DNA of 62,951 nt, filler included, from Octopus bimaculoides (taxonomy: Eukaryota), in NCBI RefSeq assembly GCF_001194135.2. It is 4 parts of 3 records of this genome, joined end to end, with 100 filler letters (N's around TTAATTAATTAA, not from the genome) between each part and the next. Parts side by side here need not be neighbours in the genome. Positions count along the whole stretch, not along the records: positions 45,595 to 59,788 come from NC_068981.1; positions 59,889 to 62,951 come from NC_068981.1; 2 more parts are not named here. One strand, given 5' to 3'. A program made the position numbers and the translations under genes. This document shows, one piece after another, positions 49,241 through 61,863 of this stretch. Under the pieces are notes generated by a model. The model did not search any database, had not been told where the DNA came from, and worked only from the letters and a program-made list of their open reading frames with translations. Each line of letters begins with the position of its first letter. Positions within the stretch are counted from its first letter, which is position 1.

Positions 49241-49391
49241 AATTGAATAAGTTGGAGTCGACAAGGAGTACAGAGAAACATTTATTCGCAATAACTACAA
49301 TCGTTTCCGCGCAATTGCGTGAAAACAATTGTAGCGATTATGAATAAATGTTGTTCTGTGCACCTTCTTGTTGACTCGAATTTATTCAGTT
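49241..49391. repeat. ~150-bp imperfect palindrome (fold-back, no spacer)
   Basis: Centre GCGCAA|TTGCGT. Arms AATTGAATAAGTTGGAGTCGACAAGG..ACATTTATTC..CTACAAT pair with ATTGTAG..GAATAAATGT..CTTGTTGACTCGAATTTATTCAGTT. Confidence 0.85.
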
Positions 49392-49619
49392 ATCCATCAC
49401 ACATCACAGAGGCCCCAACGCAAATCAGTGGGTAGAATACTGCTGTTGGACACTATTGGGTGAAATCGGAAGGTGGTCGAGTTTTATACTGTACTCTACT
49501 ACGTCCTTTACAGAATATAACCTAACTATATTTGTGTGTCTGTGTATGTGTGTCTGTGCGTGCGTATGTGTGTACGCGTGTGTGTGCGTGTGTGTGTGCG
49601 TGTGTGTGTGTTTGTGCTT

Positions 49620-49810
49620 ATTCCCGATCATCGCTTGACAACCGATATTGGTGTATTTACATCCCTGTAAATTAGCGGTTCGGCAAAACAGACCGCTGAA
49701 ATCAGTACCAGGCTTAACAAAGTAAGTACTGGTTTCGATTTATCCAGTTAAAATTTGTCATATAGTGCTCCAGCATGGCCACAGTCTAATGACAGAAACA
49801 AATAAAAGAT
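49620..49810 (+). mobile_element. SINE family B 3' half
   Basis: ATCGCTTGACAACCGATATTGGTG...GTGCTCCAGCATGGCCACAGTC. Confidence 0.8.
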
Positions 49811-49829
49811 TTTAAAAAAGTGTCATATT

Positions 49830-50045
49830 GGTTTCAAATTTTGGTGCAGGGACAGAAATTTTAGGGGAGTGGGGTAACAAAATTACATCATCCCTAGCTC
49901 TTAACTGGTACTTATTTTATCGAATTTGAGAGAATGGAAGGCTAGGTCGATCTCGGCAACATTTGAACTTCGAAGGTAAAAACGGAAGACATGTTGCAAA
50001 GCATTTTGTCCGGTGTGCTAACGAGTCTATCGGTTTGCAACCTTT
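49830..50045 (-). mobile_element. SINE family C (diverged)
   Basis: TTTCAAATTTTGGTGCAGG...AACTGGTACTTATTTTATCGA...GCATTTTGTCCGGTGTGCTAACGA. Confidence 0.7.
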
Positions 50046-50419
50046 GTCAAAAGAATCAAATTAACGATGAAGTAGGATACAAAGCATAGAAGCTGATGAA
50101 GTTGTAGAATCCTCATAGCGGTGAGAAAACTGCCTTGCTGGAAATAGCTATGACCATTTGCTTTCTTTTAGCTCAGATACCGCTGTGGTCGATTATGCTT
50201 TATCATCTTTATCTTTCAAGGGACAACATGACATAGTATCAGTCGAATACTGGGGTCAATTTCCCCAACATATGTGTTATGATGTCTAGGTTAATATAAT
50301 TTAATTGCATTTATTTGCATTCTAATGATAGAACTTACATGAAATAAGTCATTTCAGTTATAATACATGGCTTGCTTCTTAAAACGTTCAGAAACTTTCA
50401 ATTTAGACAATGATTTCAA

Positions 50420-50608
50420 ATTTTGGCACAAAGACAGCACTTCTAGAGGGAGGAAGTAAGTCGATTACATCGACCCCAGTGCTCAACTGGTACTCATTTA
50501 AGCGATCCCGAATCGATAAAAGGCAAAGTCGACCCCAATGGAATTTGAATTCAGAATATAAAGGGCTTTAAGAAATGCTGCTAAGCATTTCGTCCATCAC
50601 GCTAACGA
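50420..50608 (-). mobile_element. SINE family C
   Basis: AAGTCGATTACATCGACCCCAGTGCTCAACTGGTACT...AAAGGCAAAGTCGACC...CTAAGCATTTCGTC. Confidence 0.8.
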
Positions 50609-50869
50609 AGAAAAGTCTGCATTAGTGTTCGAGGTTGTCAAATGTCGTATGACTCTTGATGGAAATGTTTTGGACGATCTAAAACTTAAGCCATTAGCTT
50701 TTGATCATCCCAAGACACCAGTAGCTATGAAAAGTTATTTTAAATTTCACCAGCAATCAGTCAGGGGTCCTTCCTTTGTTCAAAAGTCGCCTCTCTGTGT
50801 TGTACTGCATAAATACGAACAGTCAAGATCTTGTTTCCTGTTCATCTTTTGATGTCGTCAGGTCACAAA

Positions 50870-51150
50870 CGTATTTGATAGTTTCTCGCTCTCTTTCCTT
50901 CCACACTTCATGTCAGTTTGACCTCGGACAGTAACTGGTGGTGTATAGTATGTACGATAGCTTTGTAGACTTGATTCTCGACAATAGATGACTTTGGGCT
51001 TTCAGCTTTTCTAGCTCTGCAGTATTCGTTACCATGTCTTCCCAGTCTATTCTGAACACTCTGTAGAAAATCGACGTCTCAAAGACTTCTATCTTCTCCA
51101 TTGTTGAATAGATTTTAACTTTCATCTTTTTGTTATACAGTATGGAATCC
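50870..51150 (-). mobile_element. RTE LINE 3' fragment
   Basis: EKIEVFETSIFYRVFRIDWEDMVTNTAELEKLKAQSHLLSRIKSTKLSY matches the RTE C-terminal KIEAFE..WR.LRI.W..RVTN motif. Confidence 0.65.
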
Positions 51151-51959
51151 ATGGGATAATGTAGTTTTAAATTTCAAAATATAGATAGAACGAATATTTG
51201 GTATAGATAGGTTTGTATAATCAGTGCTGACGTGAGAGTTACTAATAAAAAAAAGAAAAAAAAAGACAATAAATTCCTTCTGAAAAGTGATATCTTTAAC
51301 GAAGAAAGCGCCTAGCCTAAGCGGGATTACCAGCAATGACTAAACTTCAATCCTTACGGTAAATATAAAATAATATTATTTTAAAGCACTTTTAATACTA
51401 ACAACTGAACATTCGCTGACGATGTAACTTCATACTGAGAGTAGATCGAAATATATTCTAAAGATCGAATTGATTGGGACTTCAAGTGTCTCCTATCCGT
51501 TTGTTCCACCACTGGTAAAGATTTTCATGGCTGGAGTTAAATATACAATACCTGAAAATTAAATATTAATTTTATAACTGGTTAGCTTTTGCTTTTTAAT
51601 CATCTAGTTTCCCCTCTATGCTTCTGTGTCGGCTATGTGGAAGTAACAGGATAAATGGTAAACTAGATGAGGCCGTTGGCGTAAACGACAGTCTAATATA
51701 ATATAAAATGAACGTTAAAAATAAATACTAAGTAGAAATGACAGAACAAGAAACGAAGTTTTAAAAACCCCAACAATATTGAAAACAAAAATGACAGCAA
51801 AAAAGACAAAAGAAAACAAGAACTCTAATATATTTTTTGAAGGTCGTCAGAGAAAAGGAAATTTGTTTCCATTTAACAATGACAGTGTTATTCTTTCATC
51901 AACAAAACACCTAATGAATCATAACCAAATGACTTAAGTAAATAGTTTAAGCAATTCAT

Positions 51960-52002
<43 letters not shown>

Positions 52003-52370
52003 CACTAATATTTTAATATTTTTTACTTTAAATGATCTTATCCATTTAACACACACATATACATATATATGTGTGTGTGTATTTTTGTGTGCGCGTGTAT
52101 GGATGTATGTATGTTTGTGTGTGTGTGTGTGTGTTTGTGTGTGTGCGTGCGCCCGCGCGCGCGTGTGTGCGTATGAATGTGCGTGTGAATGTGTGTGTGT
52201 GTGTATGTTTGTGTATGTGTATATGCTCGTATATGTGTAGATATTCCCTCTGCTTTAAATGTTTGTTGTCAGATTACTTCTCTCTATCTTTTCTGTTTAT
52301 GTATGCATGTATGTATGTTTGTATGTATGTATGTATGCATATTTGTATGTATGTTTGTATGTATGTATGT

Positions 52371-52735
52371 TCTCTTTTTTTAATTTAGAATTCATTTTCA
52401 TCGACCTCCTTCTTGGTAGTAAGGTTGTGAAGTAAAGCATCTTGTTTTGCTCATCATCCTTTAAATCTTAAGATGGTCTTGTAGATTTTTATTGTCCCAG
52501 ATATTGAAATCATTTGTAGCGTATGAATTAAGGAGTTGCATTCTCTTCTCAATAACCCAAGTTCAGCCATGCTTTGCTCCAGATAGTTTGGTACGCATCC
52601 TGTTGCTCGAAGACTAATAGGTGCGAAACTGACAGTGTATCTTGGGTTCCAGATTTGCAAACTCCTTATGAATTGTCCATAGACATTATTTTCCTCCTGT
52701 ATTTTGTGACCACATAGGTGTCCAGAGGATGTAGG
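52371..52735 (-). mobile_element. Second R4/Dong-like 3' end
   Basis: PLDTYVVTKIQEENNVYGQFIRSLQIWNPRYTVSFAPISLRATGCVP...ISISGTIKIYKTILRFKG*. The 3' UTR aligns with 31376-31490. Confidence 0.8.
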
Positions 52736-52765
52736 AATATATGCATATATATATGTATGTATAAA

Positions 52766-53279
52766 CAGGGTGTTCCCTCAAAATTGACATCATTTCGTAG
52801 TCTAATAACATAACCAATTCTCGCTCAATGATCTCAAATTTTAACAAAATGTGTAAAAACTAAGTCGGACGTGCCAGTGATAAGGACAATCTGTTGTCGA
52901 AATGGCCTCCACGTTCAACCGACTTGACACCTTGTGATTTTTTCTAAGAGGCTATGTTAAAAAGACTGGTCTACGTCCCATTCTTCCTACAAGCCTAGAG
53001 GAACTCAAGCAGAAAATCACTGAGGTACCGGAGAACGTTATGCAAAGCATGCTACAGAGTGTTTGGCAGGCGTACCAACTTGACGTGTCACAGGCGGTGC
53101 GTATATTGAACAGTTTTGAAGCGTTGTGAAATCGGTTATAAAGTCTACATTCCACTGATTCTCTCGTAAAAATTTTGATAAATAAATCTTTTATTGTTTA
53201 GAATGAAGCCTGTTCAATTTCGTTTGTTTCGAGTCAGATATTCACGCTTCAAATGGTGTGAAATTTTTGGGACACCTTG
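52766..53279 (+). mobile_element. Internally deleted Tc1/mariner element with both TIRs
   Basis: Left CAGGGTGTTCCCTCAAAATTGACATCATTT; right end reverse-complements to CAAGGTGTCCCAAAAATTTCACACCATTT, followed by TA. Retains KWPPRSTDLTPCDFFLRGYVK. Confidence 0.85.
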
Positions 53280-54003
53280 TATAATTGATAATTTTGCTTT
53301 AGACATTAGTGAATGCTAGCGGTAACATGTAATTTCCAGCAATCTATCACGTGATCAGACCGTCGGTAGCTAAACTGACTCCCTCACGGATTACCCTAGT
53401 AAGAAGGCTTGCTAAAAATTCAGTAGAGCAAAGTCAAGAAACATGAAAGGGATGATTCCAGCATGGGGTTAACAGCTAATAATTCACAACGCACCAAGAC
53501 ATTGAAAATCTCAAGATTGTGAACGAGTCCTCAGTAAGATCACTGGTTATGACAGACAGTTATGCGCTCCTGAGTCGAGGTAGAAGTAGGTTTTATAGGA
53601 GAGGCCGCTCTGAATAAAATAATTCATCTGCAACTATTCGTAATAATTCATTAACGTAGGGGGTTTTATTTTACGCATGGCCAAGTACGGTTGTGTGTAG
53701 CTGTGCACATCATAACTTATTTTTATTATAGTTCTTTTAGATCTTAATTATGCACAAGTCTTAGTTCTTAATATAGATGATTCACTTAGCTGTGTTGAAC
53801 TATCATAAAATTACTTGATCTCTTCGAAGTAATATCTTCTTCTATATATAGTATATTGTAAAAATTGGTGGGTTCTGGTGGTTTTGTATACGTAGCGCAT
53901 TTCTTGTGTTGTAAAAGCTGCAAATCATCAACTAAGCTGAAATAGCTTTGCGGCTCATTAGCAAGCAATGGCCAAAATCATTATTGAGATGACTTCCATC
54001 ATG

Positions 54004-54066
<63 letters not shown>

Positions 54067-54147
54067 GTTTGTATGTTGTATGTATGCATGTACGTCTGTA
54101 TGTATGTACGTTTGTATGCATTGGATGCATGTTAGTATATGTATGTG

Positions 54148-55144
54148 CGAAGCAGGTGTCATTGATCACTGACGTCATCTGACAAATGCCAACCAAGATG
54201 ACGTGAATCAGCCAAGCCTTACCTGCTAAAAATAGCAACCCAAATACTTTTGAATTAGATCCCAATGCTGGATGTTCAAGAACCAAATGAAGGATAGATT
54301 TCCAATCCCAGGGTCATCCTCATTCCAAAAAGATATATATCTATGAAGAGCAAATATAGACTGAGATACAGGGATCCCAGAAGTGTGTATATCCACGTGT
54401 ATGCAAGTATATATTCATGCCTGCTTTATAGCTATACATGTCTGTCTTTACGTATGTTGTATACGTGCGTGCATGCATGCTGTATGTACGATTGTATATC
54501 TATTTGTCTGTTTGTTTGCCTGTCTGTCTGGCAGTATGTATGTATGTATTCATATGCGTATTATGTATACACGTATGTGTGTGTTCAAGCATGGATGTTA
54601 TTATATTTATGGATGGGAATGCTTTGAGTTACATATAGGCACATACGCATGTTTACTCATTTATATATGCATTTATCAAAGTCCAAATCTCTGGAAAGTT
54701 CTACAGATTTTCGAAGTTGCTAATCCCCTAATTAGTTTTGCTCTTGGTAGTGTGAAGCCGAATTCCTCAAGATTAGTAACGAGGCAGTTCGTTATACGTC
54801 CCAGTAATTAAATATATAATTTGAAAGTTATTGTCCAGGAAACATATCAGCAGATTTCTTATTGGATCCTAATAAAAGTTTCCTTTTCTACTTACGAAAG
54901 CGAAATTCTGTCTCTCTGGGATCCCTGTATCTCAGTCTATTTTTGCTCTTCATAGATATCTTTTTGGAATGAGGATGACCCTGGGATTGAAAATCTACCC
55001 TTCATTTGGTTCTTGAACATCCAGCATTGGGATCTAATTCAAAAGTATTTGGGTTGCTATTTTTAGCAGGTAAGGCTTGGCTGATTCACGTCATCTTGGT
55101 TGGCATTTGTCAGATGACGTCAGTGATTAATGACACCTGCTTCG
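54148..55144. repeat. Long inverted duplication: arms 54148-54381 (234 bp) and 54915-55144 (230 bp), spacer 533 bp
   Basis: Manual alignment gives 4 substitutions and one 4-nt indel. Confidence 0.95.
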
Positions 55145-55644
55145 TTAATTTTACGTCGAGATAAGAACTTTTGGGACAAATTGGCCAACAGTTGGAATTC
55201 AACTTTGGACTGGATATAGTAGCATTACGGATCATCCTTTCGTCTGATGATATGTTGCGGCAGAGTCGTGCCCCTTTTTTTCAGCATGTATTCTAGGTTA
55301 TCAGACAAAGGATGTTGCTCAAGGAGCTGCCTTCCAAGTCTTATGATGTAATCAGCCTCATGTATGCAAACTTGGTCAAAGATGCACTTCGACACTTTCT
55401 GGTTAAAAGATGTTACCGAAGGGATAGGATGCGACATCCAAAGGCATTTTGTTTGTATGTATGTATGTATGCATGTATGTATTTATGTATTTTTGCATGT
55501 ATGTATGTATGTATGTATGTATGTATGTATGTATGTATGTATGTATATATATTTATGTATGTGTGTATATGCGTGTATGTGTGTATATGTATGTGTGTGT
55601 GTGTGTGTTTATGTATGTGTATATGTATTATGCATGTATGTTCC

Positions 55645-55677
<33 letters not shown>

Positions 55678-56623
55678 GTGTATATGTATGTATTTACGAT
55701 TTTACTTTAACTTCTATTTAAGTTCTTCTCAAGAGAGTTCAAGCCGGTCGCTAACAAAACGACAAGATCTTTTTGAGTTAAAAGAGCTCCTGGCGTTTGT
55801 AAATATGTGGTTGAGTTGGTTTGTCGGTTGAGCTGCCGATGCATACGCTCAACTGTGTGCATCTATCCACCTAAGGAATCTCAGATGGAAGATATTTGTG
55901 ATGTCTTACAAATTTTCACTGTGACACTAATAGATTGGATTAGGAAGGAGAATCTACGTCAGTTAGTCAGTCAGTCAGTCAGCAGTATGTTTGTATGTAT
56001 ATATGCTTATATATCTGTCCATCTGTTTGTATGTATATATGTGTGTGTGTGCACGTTCACGCGCGTGTGTGTATCTGTGCATTGTTGCATATTCATTGAA
56101 TATCATTTGAGTGAATGCTAAACTTTAAACTTATTTTATACTGTTCCTATAAAGATATTTTATTGTCCAAAGTGATTTTTCTATTACTGATATAATAACG
56201 ACCACAACAACAATAACAGCAACAGGCGGTAGTAGCTGCAATTATAATAATGCCCCACTAAAACGACATCTGAAGTAGGAACAGGAATAATAATTTTAGC
56301 AATAAATTCAACAATAACAACAGCAATTACAGTCTTTCGCAATCAGAACGTAAAACACGCATGCGCACCGACAACTAACCAGCTTTATTTGTCATCTTCA
56401 TCAGTGACTTTATCGTGTTAGCATGGTTAACTCGACAGATTTTCACCGTCTGTGGTATTACAGTATCAATCAGTTGATTCGTATTATATGACCTATCAAT
56501 CAATTAGTCTTTAGTGAAAAACTGTTGTTGTTATTGTTGTTGTTGCTGCTGTTGTCGTTTAGCCCTTGGTTAACAAATTGGTGGAATAGATCTATTATCA
56601 AAGACATTCCAATCAAAATCATA

Positions 56624-56750
56624 GCTGTGTTGTTAAGATCGCTTCGAAGCCAATTGATTTCGAGTTCAGTCTCACAGCTCGTCCAGTTGGGTAAGAGTCT
56701 TCTGCTATAGCCCCCGAGCCGACCAATCAATACCTTTTTGCAATTTGGTA
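56624..56750 (+). mobile_element. SINE family B 5' half (old)
   Basis: GCTGTGTTGTTAAG...GAGTTCAGTC...TTGGGTAAGAGTCTTCTGCTATAGCC..GAGCCGACCAA. Confidence 0.6.
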
Positions 56751-56765
56751 TCATACATGAATTCT

Positions 56766-56797
<32 letters not shown>

Positions 56798-57344
56798 GAT
56801 ATTAGCTTTCTATTTTTGTCATTCTCTCTATGGTTAGTTTATTCTGTACTATATACACTTATTCTACTCTTACTAATCTTTCTTTTCTATGTAACTCTCC
56901 TCCTTCACTTTATAACTAACTGTCTTTTCCCTGTCTGCTCGAGTGACTACCTATATTATCTGTAGCCTGGCTGACTGACTATTCCTTTCTCCACTTTGTT
57001 AATTCTTCACTTACCTTTGTGTCTTTATAAGCAACATCGCATGATTCATTTTTTTGTCACTCTTTTCGGCGCAGGCGTTCTTTTCTCCTTCCAGATTCCT
57101 GTGGCGTAACAGAAAAATAAACCAATGAACAAAAGTATAAATAAATAATCACTTTTTTTTTACATAAAAGACTGGCAAACTCACTGGTTCTTTTTATCTT
57201 TTAGTGAGGAGGTAAGGCGGTGCTCAGGACCATTTACAGTGTCTTTGAGATTGGTAGGAGGGAAGAATGATTGTAACAGAGAAGACTTCACTAAAGGCAC
57301 ACAAAACGGGCGACGGATCAATTTGTACTTCCAAAGTAAGTCAT

Positions 57345-57560
57345 GCGGGATTTGACCGAAAGGAGCAAAAAAAAATAAAAAAAATAGCGTAAGTCATTTG
57401 GTCCGATGATTTTACAACTCTGCCAATCCGATTCTCGGGATTGATCCTTTTCTTATCGACCACAAAAGGATAAAAGCCAAAGTTGACACCAATGGTAATT
57501 GTACTCAGGAAGCCAAGTGCCTGAACAATTGCTGCCAAATATTTTATCTAACGATCTAGC
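57345..57560 (-). mobile_element. SINE family C (old)
   Basis: TTATCGACCACAAAAGGATAAAAGCCAAAGTTGAC...ATTTTATCTAACGATCTAGCGAC. Confidence 0.55.
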
Positions 57561-59888
57561 GACTCTACCACTGTACCACCGACAAGTCAAGAGTACGCTT
57601 AATTTCTGGGGAAGATATTCTAATAAATACTCTTAAATATATGTAGAAACAAATGGACGCGAATGAGACGTAGGTAACTACTTAGTAGCATTTAGTTACA
57701 CCTCTATGTTCTGTGTGCAAATCGTTAATTGGATGGTGAGGTAGCTTCAGATCAGCTCTGAATCAACAGACCGATGATCAAAGTGTTTTCAGAAACGGCC
57801 ATCTTTTATGTACACATAGTGTATGCATAAAATAATGTGCGGGCAGTTTACATTATTCAGTATGTCCTTCTTCCCTAAGAATTGCAAAGTAACGTGTGAT
57901 TAGAGGGCGATTATTGCTTACAACTTCTAGCATGTGTAGCGACCACGTAGGAACACATGATGGGGCTATGCTTCGCTGGCAAATTCTAATAAAACTAAAA
58001 TATATCTGTTACTATCAAGATTCATTCTAATAAAGCTCAGATCTCTCCTTATACATAAGAATTCGATATTTTAAAAATTTATTCTAATTTTTCAAAAATG
58101 TCCCCGCTTTTCTTTGTGATTTGTTAATGACTACTGTTAGATTTTGTTTACATTTTCCAATTAATGAGTAAATTTTAAATTCATTAACTATTTCTTCATG
58201 TGTGTACGTCATTCTGTACATCATCGCCTACTTGTTTTAATGGAGTAGGAATATTGCCTTCCTCCTGATTCTTCTCAAACCACCACCACCACCACCAGCT
58301 ACCACCACCACCACCAGCTACCACCACCANNNNNNNNNNNNNNNNNNNNNNNNNNNNNNNNNNNNNNNNNNNNNNNNNNNNNNNNNNNNNNNNNNNNNNN
58401 NNNNNNNNNNNNNNNNNNNNNNNNNNNNNNNNNNNNNNNNNNNNNNNNNNNNNNNNNNNNNNNNNNNNNNNNNNNNNNNNNNNNNNNNNNNNNNNNNNNN
58501 NNNNNNNNNNNNNNNNNNNNNNNNNNNNNNNNNNNNNNNNNNNNNNNNNNNNNNNNNNNNNNNNNNNNNNNNNNNNNNNNNNNNNNNNNNNNNNNNNNNN
58601 NNNNNNNNNNNNNNNNNNNNNNNNNNNNNNNNNNNNNNNNNNNNNNNNNNNNNNNNNNNNNNNNNNNNNNNNNNNNNNNNNNNNNNNNNNNNNNNNNNNN
58701 NNNNNNNNNNNNNNNNNNNNNNNNNNNNNNNNNNNNNNNNNNNNNNNNNNNNNNNNNNNNNNNNNNNNNNNNNNNNNNNNNNNNNNNNNNNNNNNNNNNN
58801 NNNNNNNNNNNNNNNNNNNNNNNNNNNNNNNCGTATAACCGTCTCTGTCAAAGCCTCGTTATGAGAAGCAAAACTAACCACACCACGATAAGATTTTCCT
58901 GCCTACTCATCCATCAGTTTTGGAAATTATATCAATCTAGAAATATTTATTATTAATGATATGCTGAAACTATATTGGTTTGGGTTCTGAGGTATGTGTA
59001 TTGTCGTATCGTTGTCTTTATTTTATCCGCCATTCTAATCTCTCGAAATTGACCTCTAGCTTTCTGTATTTTGCGAATCAACCGATGACCATCTACAAGG
59101 ACTGGAATCAGTATAGTGTTACATGGCTTCTTCTTTCCACCTTCCAGACAATTTGTCTTCTAACTGTCGAATACTTTGCCTGACTCAAAAGCTCCCTTCC
59201 CTGCATCTACTCATCAGGGAATCGAAGCCATCACTGTACACGGCTTGAGAAGAACGTTTTCGGCAAATGGAGAAAAGATGATGCATCACATTTCTACGCT
59301 AGATCGGTTACAAACTAGCTACAAGCCTTCATTATTATGCCGTCCCTGAAGATTCCGAAAGAAATTTGAAGCGACACAAATACTTGACTCCATTACGTTG
59401 AACGAAGAAGGATTGAAAGACAGAAATAAACGAATAATTAAATATGATAAGAGATTGAGCAATAGTCAAAATATGTAGCAGATAGTTAGCATAGCCTTGA
59501 CATGTTGACACATGATGGGATACAGGATATCGAGACAGACAGAGAAGACTGATAGTGATAGCGATACATAAACATATTTATACAACTATATTTCTCGTAT
59601 TACACCAGGGACAAGATTATGAAAACCGCCTCTTTATTTAAAATAACAATGTATACATTATATTTTTATTAGATTCAAGCGTAAAAAAAAAACCAGGCCT
59701 AACAGGTCACTAAACGTTGAAAATTTATGATTAATGTCATAGTAGTAACTGTGTGTATGGATGTATGCGTATGTATATAAATATGTATNNNNNNNNNNNN
59801 NNNNNNNNNNNNNNNNNNNNNNNNNNNNNNNNTTAATTAATTAANNNNNNNNNNNNNNNNNNNNNNNNNNNNNNNNNNNNNNNNNNNN

Positions 59889-60170
59889 ATATTTGTATTT
59901 AGATTATTTTTCTTCCATATTTTATATGTATGTGTTGTTGCGTTTTCGTTCTTTGGGTAGAGCACTGCTGTAAAATAAGCGTGTAGGATCGAAATGTATT
60001 CCTCACGTGTCCATTTATGTCGTTTTGGTTTTATTTGCGGGATATGAGGAACAACGTCCGGCCCATTATTTTGACGGTCATCATTTTCGTAGGGTACCGG
60101 TCCGTTCTTTTGTGTTGTCAGATTGTTTTGCACGTGCAGCTCTTCGTACTTTTTTCGTAACAAGTTTTAA
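59889..60170 (-). mobile_element. R4/Dong-like retrotransposon N-terminal region
   Basis: KPKRHKWTREEYISILHAYFTAVLYP...HTYKIWK resembles the R.KW...N..(L/I)M..YY N-terminal motif of R4-clade ORFs. Cut by a gap. Confidence 0.6.
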
Positions 60171-60493
60171 GTACGCACTTCCTGGTTGCTATTCTTGTGT
60201 GGAATAATACCGGTATTATTTAATCTGTTTGTAATTTTTTGTTCATGGTGTTTGGGGCCGGAGATGGTCTGGTGTTGATGTAACATGCGTGTTTACGTGT
60301 GCTGTGCGAGTAGTGGAGATGATATCCAGTTAAAATACATCATTATATTTGGAAAAATAGAAATAAATTTCAATGAGTATTACTTACTCGGATATAGTCC
60401 AACCCTTTGTCAGCTATTGTTGGCTCCATGCGATGTCTTTATTTTCGATGTTTTTGGATAAATTTCGGAGCAGTGATTTATCGTTCTCACATG

Positions 60494-60588
60494 TTAAACA
60501 TCCCCGGTGTCATCTCCGTTAAACGTCCCCACTGTAATTTCCATAAACGTCCCCGGTGTAATCTCTTAAACGTCCCCGGTGTAATCTC
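60494..60588. repeat. 22-25-bp tandem repeat x4
   Basis: TTAAACGTCCCCGGTGTAATCTC consensus. Confidence 0.9.
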
Positions 60589-61477
60589 ATTGTGTCTTTT
60601 AAATTCTAGGATATCAATAACGACATGCTAATACGTGCGGTGGGGCTTTGCGTGTCGTCGCAGATGAACCAAAGGGCGACGGAAAAGTGGTGACGACGTC
60701 AGAGCCTTTGAACGAAACAACAACCTCGTAGCAACAGATATTAGAGTGGTCAGCTAATAGTTCTACATTATTGTCACGTCAATGTAATGTGGATAAGGAA
60801 ATGCACATTATAACTTTCAGCAACAGCATCGCCAAACAAGAAAAGCAACATAACAGCAAAACGAAAAATGTTAATGGCATTAACGAAGAAATTAAGAGGA
60901 ATATTCTGTCCCTTTTGTCAATAGACAGACGGTTTCTTCGAAAGAAACACGGTTGCGATTGAATAATATGAGACCTATATCTCGTATTATTTAATCGCAT
61001 CCATGTTTGGATCATGGAGCAATAATATTTGCAGGTATAGACATAAGAAACATCGTTTGTATTTAGTGCATACATCTTAGTGACAAATATCGATTTCCGC
61101 GATGAATAAAAAATGTCTGCTGAGATTTAACCTGAAATCTGCATGTAATGAAAGAGGAACAACATTGGATGGTGATAGCTATCTGCAATAACGACCAGGA
61201 AAGCTACTTGGTAGACACAGCAATCATGCACTTTCGATAAGTATCTATGGTATAACAGACGGCCAAAATCAGTCACTGAAATGCTACTTTGTGAAGACCA
61301 GGTCAAACTCATGACAAAAATAGAGATTAAAATAAAAGAGTTAAGTTCACTTCGTAGCAGATCTGAACGAAAATATCACAAGAAATTCAGTTATTGGTTG
61401 CACCCTACAATCTCTGGAAGGCACGCAGGAAAATGCCGAACTCCGACAAACATGCAAACAGATTTTGCAGGCGAGGT

Positions 61478-61625
61478 CGTGGCTCTGTGGTAAAAAGTTT
61501 CCCAGCCACAAGGTGTCGGGGTCAGTCTCACTGCGTAGCACCTTAGGTAAGGATCTTCTACAACAGCCTCGAACGGACTAAAGCTTTGAGTGGATTTGGT
61601 AGATGGAAACTGGAAGAAGTTCGTC

Positions 61626-61629
<4 letters not shown>
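61478..61629 (+). mobile_element. SINE family B 5' half
   Basis: GTGGCTCTGTGGTAAAAAG...GAGTGGATTTGGTAGATGGAAACTGGAAGAAG, then (TA)n. Confidence 0.75.
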
Positions 61630-61683
<54 letters not shown>

Positions 61684-61863
61684 TTATATATACATATGTA
61701 TGTATGGATATATATGTATGTATGTATATATATATGTATGTGTGTGTGCTTGATATCTATCAATATGGGCTTGATTATATCAATACGGGCTTGATATTTT
61801 CCTCACTGTTTTTGCCCTTCGCTTAAATCTATCACCAGATGATCTTTTGCTTTTTGAAGTCCT

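Noticed and set aside
51358-51551. Minus-strand acceptor (TTAATTTTCAG) and donor (GTAAGG) pair
   Set aside because: All three frames contain stops and the region is very AT-rich. At best a non-coding exon, unsupported without RNA data.
5630-59000. Long ORFs of 150-460 aa in the ORF track
   Set aside because: They are open only because they cross N-gaps (X runs) or microsatellites (YIYI, CVCV, THTH, poly-L/D/T).
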